A stretch of 64,000 nucleotides of DNA, taken from Candidatus Marinacidobacterium sp. GTDB lineage: Bacteria > Acidobacteriota > Vicinamibacteria > Marinacidobacterales > Marinacidobacteraceae. The DNA is taken from positions 2,176,001 to 2,240,000 of the forward strand of contig OZ244852.1 of the NCBI GenBank assembly GCA_965220965.1, in the 5' to 3' direction. The position numbers and the translations under genes are program-made. The notes under the pieces are model-generated. The model was not told the DNA's origin and searched no databases. It saw only the letters and a list, made by a program, of their open reading frames with translations. Below, piece after piece: positions 18,020 to 27,107 of the stretch (positions are counted from its first letter, which is position 1; each line of letters starts with the position of its first letter).

Positions 18020-19324
18020 TCAGGCGGATGCCGGGAGCCCTCGGCGGGCGACATCCTCGAACACGTTGCAGAAGTAGTCCAGTTCGCCCATCGTGGTGTA
18101 GAGGTTCGGCGTGATCCGCAGACCCTGGAACTCCTCGTGCATGATCGGGACGACGATGATGTGGTGCTTGTCCCACAGGTAGTCGCGGAACGCCCCCGGG
18201 TCCACCGACGTCAGGTTGATATTCCCGATGGCGCAGCTCATCTTCGGGTCGAGCGAGGTGTGGAGTTCGGTGTTCGGGAGCGCGGAGAGCCGTTCGGCCC
18301 AAGTGTCCTTCAGGTACCGAAGGCGGGCCTCCTTCCGCTTCGCTCCGATCGTGTTGTGGAAGGTGATGGCTTCGCCGCACGCGACGAAGTTGGCGGCGGG
18401 GTGGGTGCCGATCTCCTCGAACTTGCGGATGTCCTCGTCCATGCGCTCGGGCGCGGGCATGAGCGGCCAGATCTTCGGGATCTTGTCCCGCTTCACGTAG
18501 AGCATCCCGGTGCCCTTGGGGGCGAGCAGCCACTTGTGGAGGCTCGTCCCGAAGTAGTCGCAGCCGATGTCCTCGAGGCGGAAGTCGAACTGGGCGAAGG
18601 AGTGCGCCCCGTCCACCATGACCTCGACGCCGCGCTCGCGGGCCATGTCGCAGACCGCCTTGACCGGGAGGATCTGCCCGGTGAGGTTGATCTGGTGGGA
18701 CATCAGGATGATCCGGGTCCGGTCGGTGATCGCCGCCCGGAACCCCTCCACGATCTCCTCGTCGGTCTCCGCCGGAGTCGGGATCTGGATGAACTTGAGC
18801 GCGATGCCCTCGCGCCGCGTGCGCTGGCGGAGCGTGGTCAGCATGCGCCCGTAGTCCTGCGTCGTGGTGAGCACCTCGTCGCCGGACTCGAGGTCGAGAC
18901 CCAGCAGCAGGATCTCCATCGCCTCCGAGGTGTTCCGGACGAGCGCCACCTCTTCCGGGTCGCACCCGAAGAGGCCGGCGAGCCGCTGGCGGACATGTTC
19001 CTTCTGCGGCTGCAGGATCTGCCACATCGTGTAGACCGGCGCCTCTTCCTGCTGCCAGGTGTAGCGGACGAACGCCTCGGTGACCATCCGCGGTGACGGG
19101 CAGACGCCGCCGTTGTTCAGGTTGATGATCGAGCGGGAAACGCTGAACGCCTGCTGGACCTCGCTCCAGTAGCTCTCGTCGCGCGCGAGGTCTTCCGGGC
19201 TCCGCGAGCCCGCCTGAACACCCGCCGCCTCGACGGCCCGCACCGTCTCCGGGCTGAAGAGCGTGTGGACGAGAGCGCCAGCGCCCGCGCCCGCCGCAGC
19301 CCCGAGGAAATTCCGGCGTCGCAT
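18020..19324 (-). CDS. Class V PLP-dependent aminotransferase (isopenicillin-N epimerase-like) with Tat signal
   Basis: MRRRNFLG twin-arginine motif, NLNNGGVCPSP, VDGAHSF, SLHKWL (PLP lysine). Confidence 0.88.
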   Translation of the reverse strand: MRRRNFLGAAAGAGAGALVHTLFSPETVRAVEAAGVQAGSRSPEDLARDESYWSEVQQAFSVSRSIINLNNGGVCPSPRMVTEAFVRYTWQQEEAPVYTMWQILQPQKEHVRQRLAGLFGCDPEEVALVRNTSEAMEILLLGLDLESGDEVLTTTQDYGRMLTTLRQRTRREGIALKFIQIPTPAETDEEIVEGFRAAITDRTRIILMSHQINLTGQILPVKAVCDMARERGVEVMVDGAHSFAQFDFRLEDIGCDYFGTSLHKWLLAPKGTGMLYVKRDKIPKIWPLMPAPERMDEDIRKFEEIGTHPAANFVACGEAITFHNTIGAKRKEARLRYLKDTWAERLSALPNTELHTSLDPKMSCAIGNINLTSVDPGAFRDYLWDKHHIIVVPIMHEEFQGLRITPNLYTTMGELDYFCNVFEDVARRGLPASA

Positions 19325-19453
19325 GTGGTTTCCGCTCCTGTCCGGGCGGCCGCGCGCCCGCACCCGCCGCCGGCCGCCGCGGGGCCGAATTTACCACCGC
19401 GCCTTTCCGGTTCGGGTCCCCCCGAAGCGGGGTCCGGCTCTACCATCCCCCCC

Positions 19454-20977
19454 ATGCTCTCCGCCCTGTCCGACCTTCTCGGCCGGATTCCTCCGGTGTT
19501 CGACTCGAGCGTCGGTCAACTGGTGATCGCCCTCGGCGTCGTCATCACGGCGTTCGGATTTGCGCTGCTGGTGGTCCTCCTGCTGCGGCGCGCGCTCTCG
19601 CGGCTCGGGCTCGAGCGACGCGCCGCCTCCCGGATCGCAAACGGGGTGCGCATGGTCCTCGGGCCGGGCCGGGCCGCGAAGGAAGACGTGGACGCGATCT
19701 CCCGGCGCGTGCTGTTCTGGGGACTGATGGTCCTCGTGGTGGCCGCGGTCGCCTCGCTGGTGGACTTCTCGCAGGTCGGAGGCGTCTCGGGAGCGCTGCT
19801 CGCGCGACTCATGGCGCTCGTGGCCCAGGTGGGGCGGGCGCTCGTTCTGCTGCTCGCCGCGTGGTTCCTGGCGGCGATCCTCCGGCGCGCGGTGCGCGTC
19901 GCGCTCGAGGCCGCCTCGGTGGATGGCCCCGAACGACCCGGTCAGGACGCCTCCGGACGGCTCTCGCACGCCATCCCGGAGACGGTCTACTGGATCGTGC
20001 TGCTGCTGTTCCTGCCGCAGATCCTCGCCGCGCTCGATCTCGAGGGCGTCCTCCTCCCGATCGAGACGCTGGTGGACGAGGTCGTCCGGTATCTGCCGAA
20101 CGTGTTCGGCGCGCTGATCATCTTCGTGGTCGGGTGGTTCGTCGCGCGGATCGCCCGCGCGGTCGTGACGAACCTGCTGACAGCCGTCGGGCTGGACCGG
20201 GCGGCTGACCGGTTCGGCGCGTCGCGGGTCCTGGGTTCGCGGCGGCCTTCGTCGCTGGTGGGCGCGCTCGCCTACCTGCTCGTCCTGCTTCCGGTGATCC
20301 TGACGGGACTCGACCGGCTGCGGCTCGACGTGATCACCGGACCGGCGTCCGAGATGCTGGCGCGGGTCCTTGGAGCGCTGCCCCTCGTGCTGGTGGCGGC
20401 GGGCCTGCTGCTCACCGCCTACGTCGTGGGTCGCATCGTCGCCAACCTCGTCCGCGATCTGCTGCGCCAGGCCGGATTCGACCACGTGCTCACCCGCCTG
20501 GGCCTGGCCGCGGGGGCCACGAACGACGACTTCACCGCGTCGGGCATCGTGCGGGTCGTGCTGCTCGCGGTCATCATGCTGTTCGCCAGCATCGAGGCGG
20601 CGAGCCTCATCGGCTTCGACAACGCCGCCAGCCTGCTGACCCGCCTTCTGGAGTTCGCCGGGCAGTTCCTGCTGGGGGTGGTCTTCCTCGGCTTCGGCAT
20701 CTTCCTCGCCGGACTCGCCGCCCGGGCCATCTCCGCGAGTTCGATTCCCCACGCCCGGTTCGTTGCGCTGGCGGCCCGGATCGGCATCCTGCTCTTCACG
20801 ACCGCCATCGGATTGCGGCAGATGGGGATCGCCAACGAGATCATCGAGCTGGCGTTCGGGCTGGTTCTGGGCGCGGTCGCGGTCGCGTTCGCGGTGGCCT
20901 TCGGACTCGGGGGACGCGACGCCGCCGCCCGTCAGATCGAGCGGTGGCGAAACCGCGTGATGGAAGAGGACGACTGA
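19454..20977 (+). CDS. TM-helix repeat membrane protein (CmpX / mechanosensitive channel-like)
   Basis: Repeated YLPNVFGALIIFVVGWFVA-type units; C-terminal AFAVAFGLGGRDAA; TACCAT -10 lies 7 nt before ATG. Confidence 0.82.
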   Translation: MLSALSDLLGRIPPVFDSSVGQLVIALGVVITAFGFALLVVLLLRRALSRLGLERRAASRIANGVRMVLGPGRAAKEDVDAISRRVLFWGLMVLVVAAVASLVDFSQVGGVSGALLARLMALVAQVGRALVLLLAAWFLAAILRRAVRVALEAASVDGPERPGQDASGRLSHAIPETVYWIVLLLFLPQILAALDLEGVLLPIETLVDEVVRYLPNVFGALIIFVVGWFVARIARAVVTNLLTAVGLDRAADRFGASRVLGSRRPSSLVGALAYLLVLLPVILTGLDRLRLDVITGPASEMLARVLGALPLVLVAAGLLLTAYVVGRIVANLVRDLLRQAGFDHVLTRLGLAAGATNDDFTASGIVRVVLLAVIMLFASIEAASLIGFDNAASLLTRLLEFAGQFLLGVVFLGFGIFLAGLAARAISASSIPHARFVALAARIGILLFTTAIGLRQMGIANEIIELAFGLVLGAVAVAFAVAFGLGGRDAAARQIERWRNRVMEEDD

Positions 20978-20980
20978 GGC

Positions 20981-23032
20981 ATGGACGCTTCGGGGTTCCG
21001 CTGGCGCGGGCGGACGCTTCGCCGCGCGGCGGTCATCGGTTCGGGGAACATCGGACCGGACATCGCGCTCCATCTCGTCAAGACGCTGGCCCCGGTCGGG
21101 GCGCAGGTCCTCCTGCTGGACATCTCGGAAGCGGCGCTGGACGCCGGACGGCGCAAGATGTTCGGGAAGATCGAGAAAGGCCGCCAGTCGGGCGCCTTCC
21201 GGGAGGCCCACGCCGACGGGATGAAGGGCTCGGTGGAGTTCAGCACCGATTACGGACGGCTCGAAGAGACGGATCTGGTGATCGAGGCCGCCTCCGAGGA
21301 CCTGCCGGTCAAGCGGGCGATCTTCGCCGCGGTGGAGGAGCGGGTCGGCCCCGACGCGGTCCTCCTGTCCAACTCCTCCCATCTGCCGCCGTCGCAGCTC
21401 TTTTCCGACCTCGCGAAACCGGAGCGCGCCGCCGTCGCGCACTACTTCTTTCCGGCGGAACGGAACCTGGTGGTGGAACTGGCGGCCGACCGGGCGGGCC
21501 GCGAGCTGCTTCCCTGGCTGCTCGGCTTCTACGAGGCGATCGGGAAGGTCCCGGTGGCGGTCGGCGACCGGTTCGGCCACGCGCTGAACCCGGTCTTCGA
21601 GGGGCTCTTCCTCGCCGCCGCGCTCGCGGTGGAAGAAGGCCTCGGGACGACCCGGGAAGTGGACGATGTGGCGCGGAGAGTCCTGCGTCTGGGGATCGGT
21701 CCGTTCACCGCCATGAACCTGACCGGCGGCAACCCGATCGCCTGCGAGGGGTTCCGGGAGATGCATGCCCGGCTCCACCCCTGGTTCCGGACGCCGCGCC
21801 TCCTGGAAGAGGCGATGGAAGAAGGCGGACCGTCGGGCCGGGTCTGGGACGTTCCCGCGCGGGGCGAAACGGTCCCGGTGGAAGACGACCGGGCGCGCGC
21901 CATCGAGGAGCGGATGACCGCCGCCTACCTGGGGCTCGCGGGGTGGACCGCGACGTCCGGGGTCATTTCGGTCCCCGATCTGGACATGGGCTGCCACCTC
22001 GCGCTCGCGGTGGTTCGTCCGTTCGGGCTGATGCGGCGGCTGGGCGCCGAACGCGTCCGCGAACTGATCGCGACCTACCGGGACCGGGAGCCGGACTTCT
22101 TCGACCCGGACGCCTGCCTCGGCAGCCTCGACGGCTGGATCGCCCGGCCGGTCTCGCGCATCCAGCGCGAAGACGCCGCGGGACCGGACGGGGTCGTTCG
22201 CGTGCTCGTCATCCGGCGGCCGGAGGCGCTCGGGGCGCTCGACGAGGACCTGCTGTCCGAGCTGGACCGCGCCTTCGAGGAGGCGCGCGCCGACGACGCG
22301 GTCCTGGGCGTGGTCCTTACCGGGTTCGGGGTGAAAGCCTTCGCGGCCGGCGCCGATGTCCGGATGCTGGCCCGGATCCGGTCGGCGGAGGACGGGGAAC
22401 GCCTCTCGCGGGCGTCGCACCGCGTTCTCGACCGGGTGGCGGCCTTCCCGAAGCCGGTCGTCTGTGCGCTGAACGGGATGGCGGTCGGGGGCGGGAACGA
22501 GCTGGCGATGGCGTGCCACGCGCGGATCGCGCGGGAGGACCTCGCGGTCGCCGCCTCCCAGCCCGAGGCGAACCTCGGCATCATCCCCGGCGCCGGAGCG
22601 ACCCAGCGCCTGCCTCGCCTGGTCGGGGTGGAGATTGCCTGGGACCTGCTGCGGACGACGCGCCCGGTTTCCGCCGGGGAGGCGCTCCGGATCGGGCTGG
22701 TGAGCGAACTGGTTCCGGGAGAGCGGCTCCGGGAGCGCGCCGGGGAACTCGTCCGGCAGGCCGCCGCCGGAAATGGCGGGCCCGGAATCGCAACGGACCC
22801 GATCCCCGTCCCGGACCAGCTTCCGGAGGTGGACATCGGGCCGCGATCGCGGGCGGTGGACGCCCTGATCCGGCGCGCCGTGCTCGAGGGGGCCAGCCTC
22901 GATCTGCGCAGCGGGCTGGAACTGGAGATCCGGCTCTTCGCCGAGGGGTGCGCGCTCGAGGACATGCGGATCGGGGTCCGGAACTTCCTCGAGAACGGGC
23001 CTCGCTCGCCCGCCCCGTTCGAGCACCGGTAA
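20981..23032 (+). CDS. 3-hydroxyacyl-CoA dehydrogenase / enoyl-CoA hydratase fusion
   Basis: N-terminal GSGNIG, IEAASEDL.VK, SNSS, HYFFP; C-terminal AFAAGAD, GGGNELAMAC, PEANLGIIPGAGATQRLPR. Confidence 0.9.
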   Translation: MDASGFRWRGRTLRRAAVIGSGNIGPDIALHLVKTLAPVGAQVLLLDISEAALDAGRRKMFGKIEKGRQSGAFREAHADGMKGSVEFSTDYGRLEETDLVIEAASEDLPVKRAIFAAVEERVGPDAVLLSNSSHLPPSQLFSDLAKPERAAVAHYFFPAERNLVVELAADRAGRELLPWLLGFYEAIGKVPVAVGDRFGHALNPVFEGLFLAAALAVEEGLGTTREVDDVARRVLRLGIGPFTAMNLTGGNPIACEGFREMHARLHPWFRTPRLLEEAMEEGGPSGRVWDVPARGETVPVEDDRARAIEERMTAAYLGLAGWTATSGVISVPDLDMGCHLALAVVRPFGLMRRLGAERVRELIATYRDREPDFFDPDACLGSLDGWIARPVSRIQREDAAGPDGVVRVLVIRRPEALGALDEDLLSELDRAFEEARADDAVLGVVLTGFGVKAFAAGADVRMLARIRSAEDGERLSRASHRVLDRVAAFPKPVVCALNGMAVGGGNELAMACHARIAREDLAVAASQPEANLGIIPGAGATQRLPRLVGVEIAWDLLRTTRPVSAGEALRIGLVSELVPGERLRERAGELVRQAAAGNGGPGIATDPIPVPDQLPEVDIGPRSRAVDALIRRAVLEGASLDLRSGLELEIRLFAEGCALEDMRIGVRNFLENGPRSPAPFEHR

Positions 23033-23079
23033 GCGCGGCGCCCGCCCCCGGGACGGGGCCGCGCAGCCCCGAAAATCAG

Positions 23080-24039
23080 TTACCGGCCGGGGGCGACGAG
23101 GCTCTCCCAGACCTCGCCGAGTTCGAGGTGGTGGGCGAGGCGGCCGAGCGCCGCCGCGGTGTCGGCGTCGAGGGGGATTCCGAACGTGCGCCGTTGCTCC
23201 TCCACCTCGGCGATGTCAAGCCCCGGAAGGCGGACCCGCGCCCGGCGGAGCTGGTCGAGCCGCTCCACCATCCGGTTCCGGAAGCCGGCCCACGGCGCGA
23301 AGGCCCGGATCCGGAAGGCGAGGAACAGATGTCCCGTCCCCCGGTGGGTGGGCTCTGGCCGCGAATCCATCATCTCGGCGGCGAGCGCTCCGCCGCCGAG
23401 CAGCACCAGCGTCTCGAGGGCCAGCGCCAGATCGGGACCCCAGGGTTGTCCGGGGTCGTCGGCGTCGATCGCCCGATCCGGACCGGGGAGCCGGAGCGCC
23501 AGGCGGAGCGGCGGCGCGGTCTCGGCCATCGGGACCGCGAGTCCGATGCGCACCGGGGCGAAGGCCGCCGGCGCCGCCTCATCGCCGCGCTCCGGGGTCT
23601 CGTTCGAGAGCGCGATGCCGGCCATCACGTGGGGCGTCGCCAGCCCGGCGAAGAAGTCGAGCGCGCCCGGACGGTTGCTGCGGCGGACGGCGACGGCGCC
23701 CACTCCGTGGGAGTTGGCGAGCTGCGTCGCCTCCGACATGGCGCGGTGCGCGACGACCGGGCCGGGACCGTTGTCTCCGTCGAGAACCGCCACGGCGCCC
23801 GAAGAGGCCACCACCCGCAGCTCGGGCGCCGGGTTCAGGTGACGGGTCGAGAGCCCGGTGATCAGCTCCGGCAGCCACCCGACGCCGACATCGTCGGAAC
23901 CCGTGAGGCTCGCGCCGACCAGCGCGTCCGCCATCTGCGAAGCCAGGCCGCCGCCCAGCCGGACCCGTTTCAGCGCTTCGCGGACGAAGAAGTGAAGGCG
24001 GTGGTGGCGGACCCGCAACTCCGCGGCGCCGCCGCTCAC
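23080..24039 (-). CDS. Ldh_2 (AllD/ComC-type) oxidoreductase homolog with degenerate active-site motifs
   Basis: VAVLDGDNGPG.VV..AM.EA..LA..HGVGAVAVRRSN; C-terminal VRLPG..E..R..GIPL; GTGA overlap with the upstream transporter. Confidence 0.75.
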   Translation of the reverse strand: MSGGAAELRVRHHRLHFFVREALKRVRLGGGLASQMADALVGASLTGSDDVGVGWLPELITGLSTRHLNPAPELRVVASSGAVAVLDGDNGPGPVVAHRAMSEATQLANSHGVGAVAVRRSNRPGALDFFAGLATPHVMAGIALSNETPERGDEAAPAAFAPVRIGLAVPMAETAPPLRLALRLPGPDRAIDADDPGQPWGPDLALALETLVLLGGGALAAEMMDSRPEPTHRGTGHLFLAFRIRAFAPWAGFRNRMVERLDQLRRARVRLPGLDIAEVEEQRRTFGIPLDADTAAALGRLAHHLELGEVWESLVAPGR

Positions 24040-25388
24040 GCGAGCAGGTCCGCGATCGGACCGGCCCATCCCCACGCCAGCACGACCACGATCCCGGCGG
24101 GCACGACCCAGCGGATCCAGAAGAGCCACAGCGCCCCCGGCGGACGCGCGGCGCCCCTTCCGGCCTCGGCGAGCGCCCGCCCGCGCGAGACGAAGAAGCC
24201 GAGCCCGATGAGCGTCAACGCCGATCCGACGGGCTGCAGGGTGGAGCCCCAGAGCAGATCGCTCCAGGCGAGGTAGTCGGCGCTCACCATGGACGGCGTC
24301 GCGAGCGGGATCTGGACGAGGATGATCGCGAGGATGACCCGCTTCCGCGTCCACCAGGAGAAGACCGCGGAGCCGGCGTCGGCCCGCTCCCGGGTCCAGG
24401 CGGCCGCCGAGTTCACGATGACCTCGAGCGCCGCCACCGCGGAGAGGAAGGCGGCGAGGAAGAGCGCGAGGAAGAAGACCGGGCCGAAGATCGCGCCTCC
24501 CGGCATGGCCGCGAACACCCGGGGGAGGGTGAAGAAGAGCAGCGGCGGCCCGGAGGCCGGGGGGATGCCGAGCGCGAAGGCCGCCGGGATGACCGCGAGC
24601 CCGCCGAGGATCGCGGCGCCGGCGTCGCCGAGCGCCGTCGAGCCGGCGAGGCGCTTCAGGCTGACCGACCCGGGGAGATAGCTGCCGTAGGCGAGGAAGA
24701 ACGTGCCGCCGAGCGAGAGGCTGAAGAAGGCCTGCCCCAGCGCAGCGAGGAACGTCGTGGCGCTGACGCGGTCCAGATCGGGCCAGAGGAGGTAGCGGAC
24801 TCCCTCGAGCGCTCCTGGCAGGGAGACCGACCGGACCGCGACCACCAGCAGACCGACGCCGACCAGGGGCATGGCGATCCGGGACAGGCGTTCGATGCCC
24901 CGGCGAACGCCGAACGCGCTGACCGCGCCCATGGCGGCGAACACCAGGACGGTTCCGCCCAGGTTCAGGCCAGTGATCCCGGAGAAGTTGGCGGCGTAGT
25001 AGGCCTCGGGATCGCCCACCGCCCCTCCCCGGACGGCGTAGAAGAGGACCTGCGCCACCACGACCGTGTAGTAGGAGGTCGCCATGAAGACGGTGAGGAA
25101 GAGCACCGAGCCGATCAGCCCCCCGCCCGGCATCCCGATCTTGCGGAACGCCCCGCCCGGACCGGACCGGGTGAGCCGTCCGAGCGACCACTCGCCGATC
25201 AGCGCCGGAACTCCGAGGACCAGCACGAAGACGGCGTAGGCGAGCACGAAGGCGCCGCCGCCGTACTGCCCCGCCATGTAGGGGAAGCGCCAGATGTTGG
25301 CGAGCCCCACGGCGACCCCGAGCAGGGCCATCGCCGCCCCGAAGCGGCTGGCGAAACGGGGCGCGTCCGCCGGCGCGCCGGAGCTCAC
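24036..25388 (-). CDS. Sodium-dependent transporter, NSS/SNF family
   Basis: AVGLANIWRFPY..G.YGGGAF, GQAFFSLSLG..YGSY. Confidence 0.93.
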   Translation of the reverse strand: MSSGAPADAPRFASRFGAAMALLGVAVGLANIWRFPYMAGQYGGGAFVLAYAVFVLVLGVPALIGEWSLGRLTRSGPGGAFRKIGMPGGGLIGSVLFLTVFMATSYYTVVVAQVLFYAVRGGAVGDPEAYYAANFSGITGLNLGGTVLVFAAMGAVSAFGVRRGIERLSRIAMPLVGVGLLVVAVRSVSLPGALEGVRYLLWPDLDRVSATTFLAALGQAFFSLSLGGTFFLAYGSYLPGSVSLKRLAGSTALGDAGAAILGGLAVIPAAFALGIPPASGPPLLFFTLPRVFAAMPGGAIFGPVFFLALFLAAFLSAVAALEVIVNSAAAWTRERADAGSAVFSWWTRKRVILAIILVQIPLATPSMVSADYLAWSDLLWGSTLQPVGSALTLIGLGFFVSRGRALAEAGRGAARPPGALWLFWIRWVVPAGIVVVLAWGWAGPIADLLA

Positions 25389-25510
25389 GGAGCGGACCGG
25401 GAGAGGCGTCGACGCTCCCGCTCGAGCCGGCGCCCGAGGAGCGCCAGGCGGAGGATGTACCCCGCGAGCAGCGCGAAGAACGCCGCGTAGCCGCCGACCA
25501 GGAACTCCAT
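25385..25510 (-). CDS. ccmD: CcmD-like small membrane protein
   Basis: MEFLVGGYAAFFALLAGYILRL..RRLERE: a single TM helix plus charged tail, overlapping the ccmC stop (TGATG). Confidence 0.75.
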   Translation of the reverse strand: MEFLVGGYAAFFALLAGYILRLALLGRRLERERRRLSRSAP

Positions 25511-26196
25511 CACGCCTCCTCGAGGAGGACGCGCTGGCGGAGCGTCTCGACCGAACGGGCCTCGTGCTCGAGCCGCACCCTCCAGCGGTAGAGCCAGACG
25601 AAGAGCAGCGTGAAGGCCGCCAGGCAGACCACCAGCGCGATCGCCATGTCGGGGTGGAGCCCGGAGTCGGGGCCGCCCATGATGACCGGAGCGGGGTGCT
25701 GGGTTCGCCACCACCGGATCGAGAAATACACGATGGGGACGTCGGCGGCCCCGAGGATGCCGAGCGCCGCGGCCAGGTTGGCCCGCCGCACCGGGTCCTC
25801 GACGGCTTCCCGCAGCAGCAGGTAGCCGACGTAGATGAGCCACAGCACGAAGGCGGTCGTGAGACGGGCGTCCCAGGTCCACCAGATGCCCCAGGCCGGC
25901 TTCGCCCAGATCATCCCCATGGCGAGGCCCGCCGTGGTGAACAGCACCCCGATCTCGGCGGCGGCGAAGGCCGCGGCGTCGTACGACTCGCGGCGCTTCC
26001 ACAACCAGCCGATGCTCGCGCCGGCGACCACGAAGAAGGCCCCGAAGGCCAGCCACCAGGACGCCAGGTGGAAGTAGAAGAGCCGCTGCAGGTTCCCCAT
26101 GGTCCGTTCCTCGGGCGCGTAGAGGAAGACCATCGCGAGAGCGACCGCCATGGCGAGCGCCGTGAGCAGACCGAAAACGCCCGATTTCAAGGTCAT
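25510..26196 (-). CDS. ccmC: Heme exporter protein C
   Basis: QRLFYFH, WWD motif GMIWAKPAWGIWWTWDARLT, SIRWWRTQHP. Confidence 0.92.
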   Translation of the reverse strand: MTLKSGVFGLLTALAMAVALAMVFLYAPEERTMGNLQRLFYFHLASWWLAFGAFFVVAGASIGWLWKRRESYDAAAFAAAEIGVLFTTAGLAMGMIWAKPAWGIWWTWDARLTTAFVLWLIYVGYLLLREAVEDPVRRANLAAALGILGAADVPIVYFSIRWWRTQHPAPVIMGGPDSGLHPDMAIALVVCLAAFTLLFVWLYRWRVRLEHEARSVETLRQRVLLEEA

Positions 26197-26264
26197 TGCT
26201 GGGGGGCTTCTCGGGGGGAACACCGCCCGGAAACGGGCGGCTGCGCCCGGAATATACTCGGGCG

Positions 26265-27089
26265 ATGCTCTCCAGACTCCTTCCGGTATTCGGTCTCGTT
26301 CTCGGGTTCGGGGCGGTTCCGGTCGCGGAATCGCAGGTTCTCCCCGCCTCGAACGACCGCGCCCGCGAGCGGCTCAACGCCTCGCCGCGGCACGGGGAGT
26401 GGGTTTCCATTCCGACGGAGAGCGGCCCGGTGGAGTCCTGGATCGTCTACCCGGAGCGCTCCGACAACGCGCCGGTGGTTATCGTCATCCACGAGATCTA
26501 CGGCCTCACCGACTGGATCCGCGCGGTCGCCGACGAACTGGCGAACAGCGGCTTCATCGCGGTCGCGCCGGACCTGCTGAGCGGCAAGGGTCCGGACGGC
26601 GGACGAACCGACTCGGTGGATCGCGACGGCGCGGTCGCGCTGGTGCGGGCGCTCGACGCGGCGGAGGTCCATGCCCGACTGGGCTCGGTCGCCGCGTGGG
26701 CGACGGCGCTTCCCGCCGCCCGCGCCGAGTACGGCGTCGTCGGCTTCTGCTGGGGCGGGCGCACCAGCTTCACGCTGGCGACCGCAGACGCCGACCTCGG
26801 CGCCGCCGTCGTCTACTACGGGACCTCGCCCGACGGGGAGGCGCTCCAGCAGGTGGAGGCGCCGGTCCTCGGGCTCTACGGCGAGGACGACGCCCGGGTG
26901 AACGCGACGGTGCCGGACGCCAAGGCGCGGATGGACGAGCTCGGCAAGATCTTCGAGATCCACACCTTCGACGGCGCCGGGCACGGATTCCTTCGCGCCC
27001 AGGAGGACCGCGAGGGCCGCAATCTCACCGCCTCGATGCAGGCCTGGCCGCGGACCGTCCGGTTCTTCCGGGAGCACCTCGGGTCCTGA
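26265..27089 (+). CDS. Dienelactone hydrolase family protein, exported
   Basis: Signal peptide, HEIYGL, GFCWGG nucleophile elbow, D and GAGHGF triad residues. Confidence 0.9.
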   Translation: MLSRLLPVFGLVLGFGAVPVAESQVLPASNDRARERLNASPRHGEWVSIPTESGPVESWIVYPERSDNAPVVIVIHEIYGLTDWIRAVADELANSGFIAVAPDLLSGKGPDGGRTDSVDRDGAVALVRALDAAEVHARLGSVAAWATALPAARAEYGVVGFCWGGRTSFTLATADADLGAAVVYYGTSPDGEALQQVEAPVLGLYGEDDARVNATVPDAKARMDELGKIFEIHTFDGAGHGFLRAQEDREGRNLTASMQAWPRTVRFFREHLGS

Positions 27090-27107
27090 GCCGGGGCCCC
27101 GAACGGC

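Noticed and set aside
14693-19096. 1467-aa plus-strand ORF
   Set aside because: Antisense shadow of four well-supported minus-strand genes; no motifs; expected in high-GC DNA.
19391-24276. 1211-aa (-) and 1110-aa (+) ORFs
   Set aside because: Shadow or alternate-frame ORFs, Arg/Pro/Gly-rich, overlapping the TM-helix, HADH-ECH and Ldh_2 genes.
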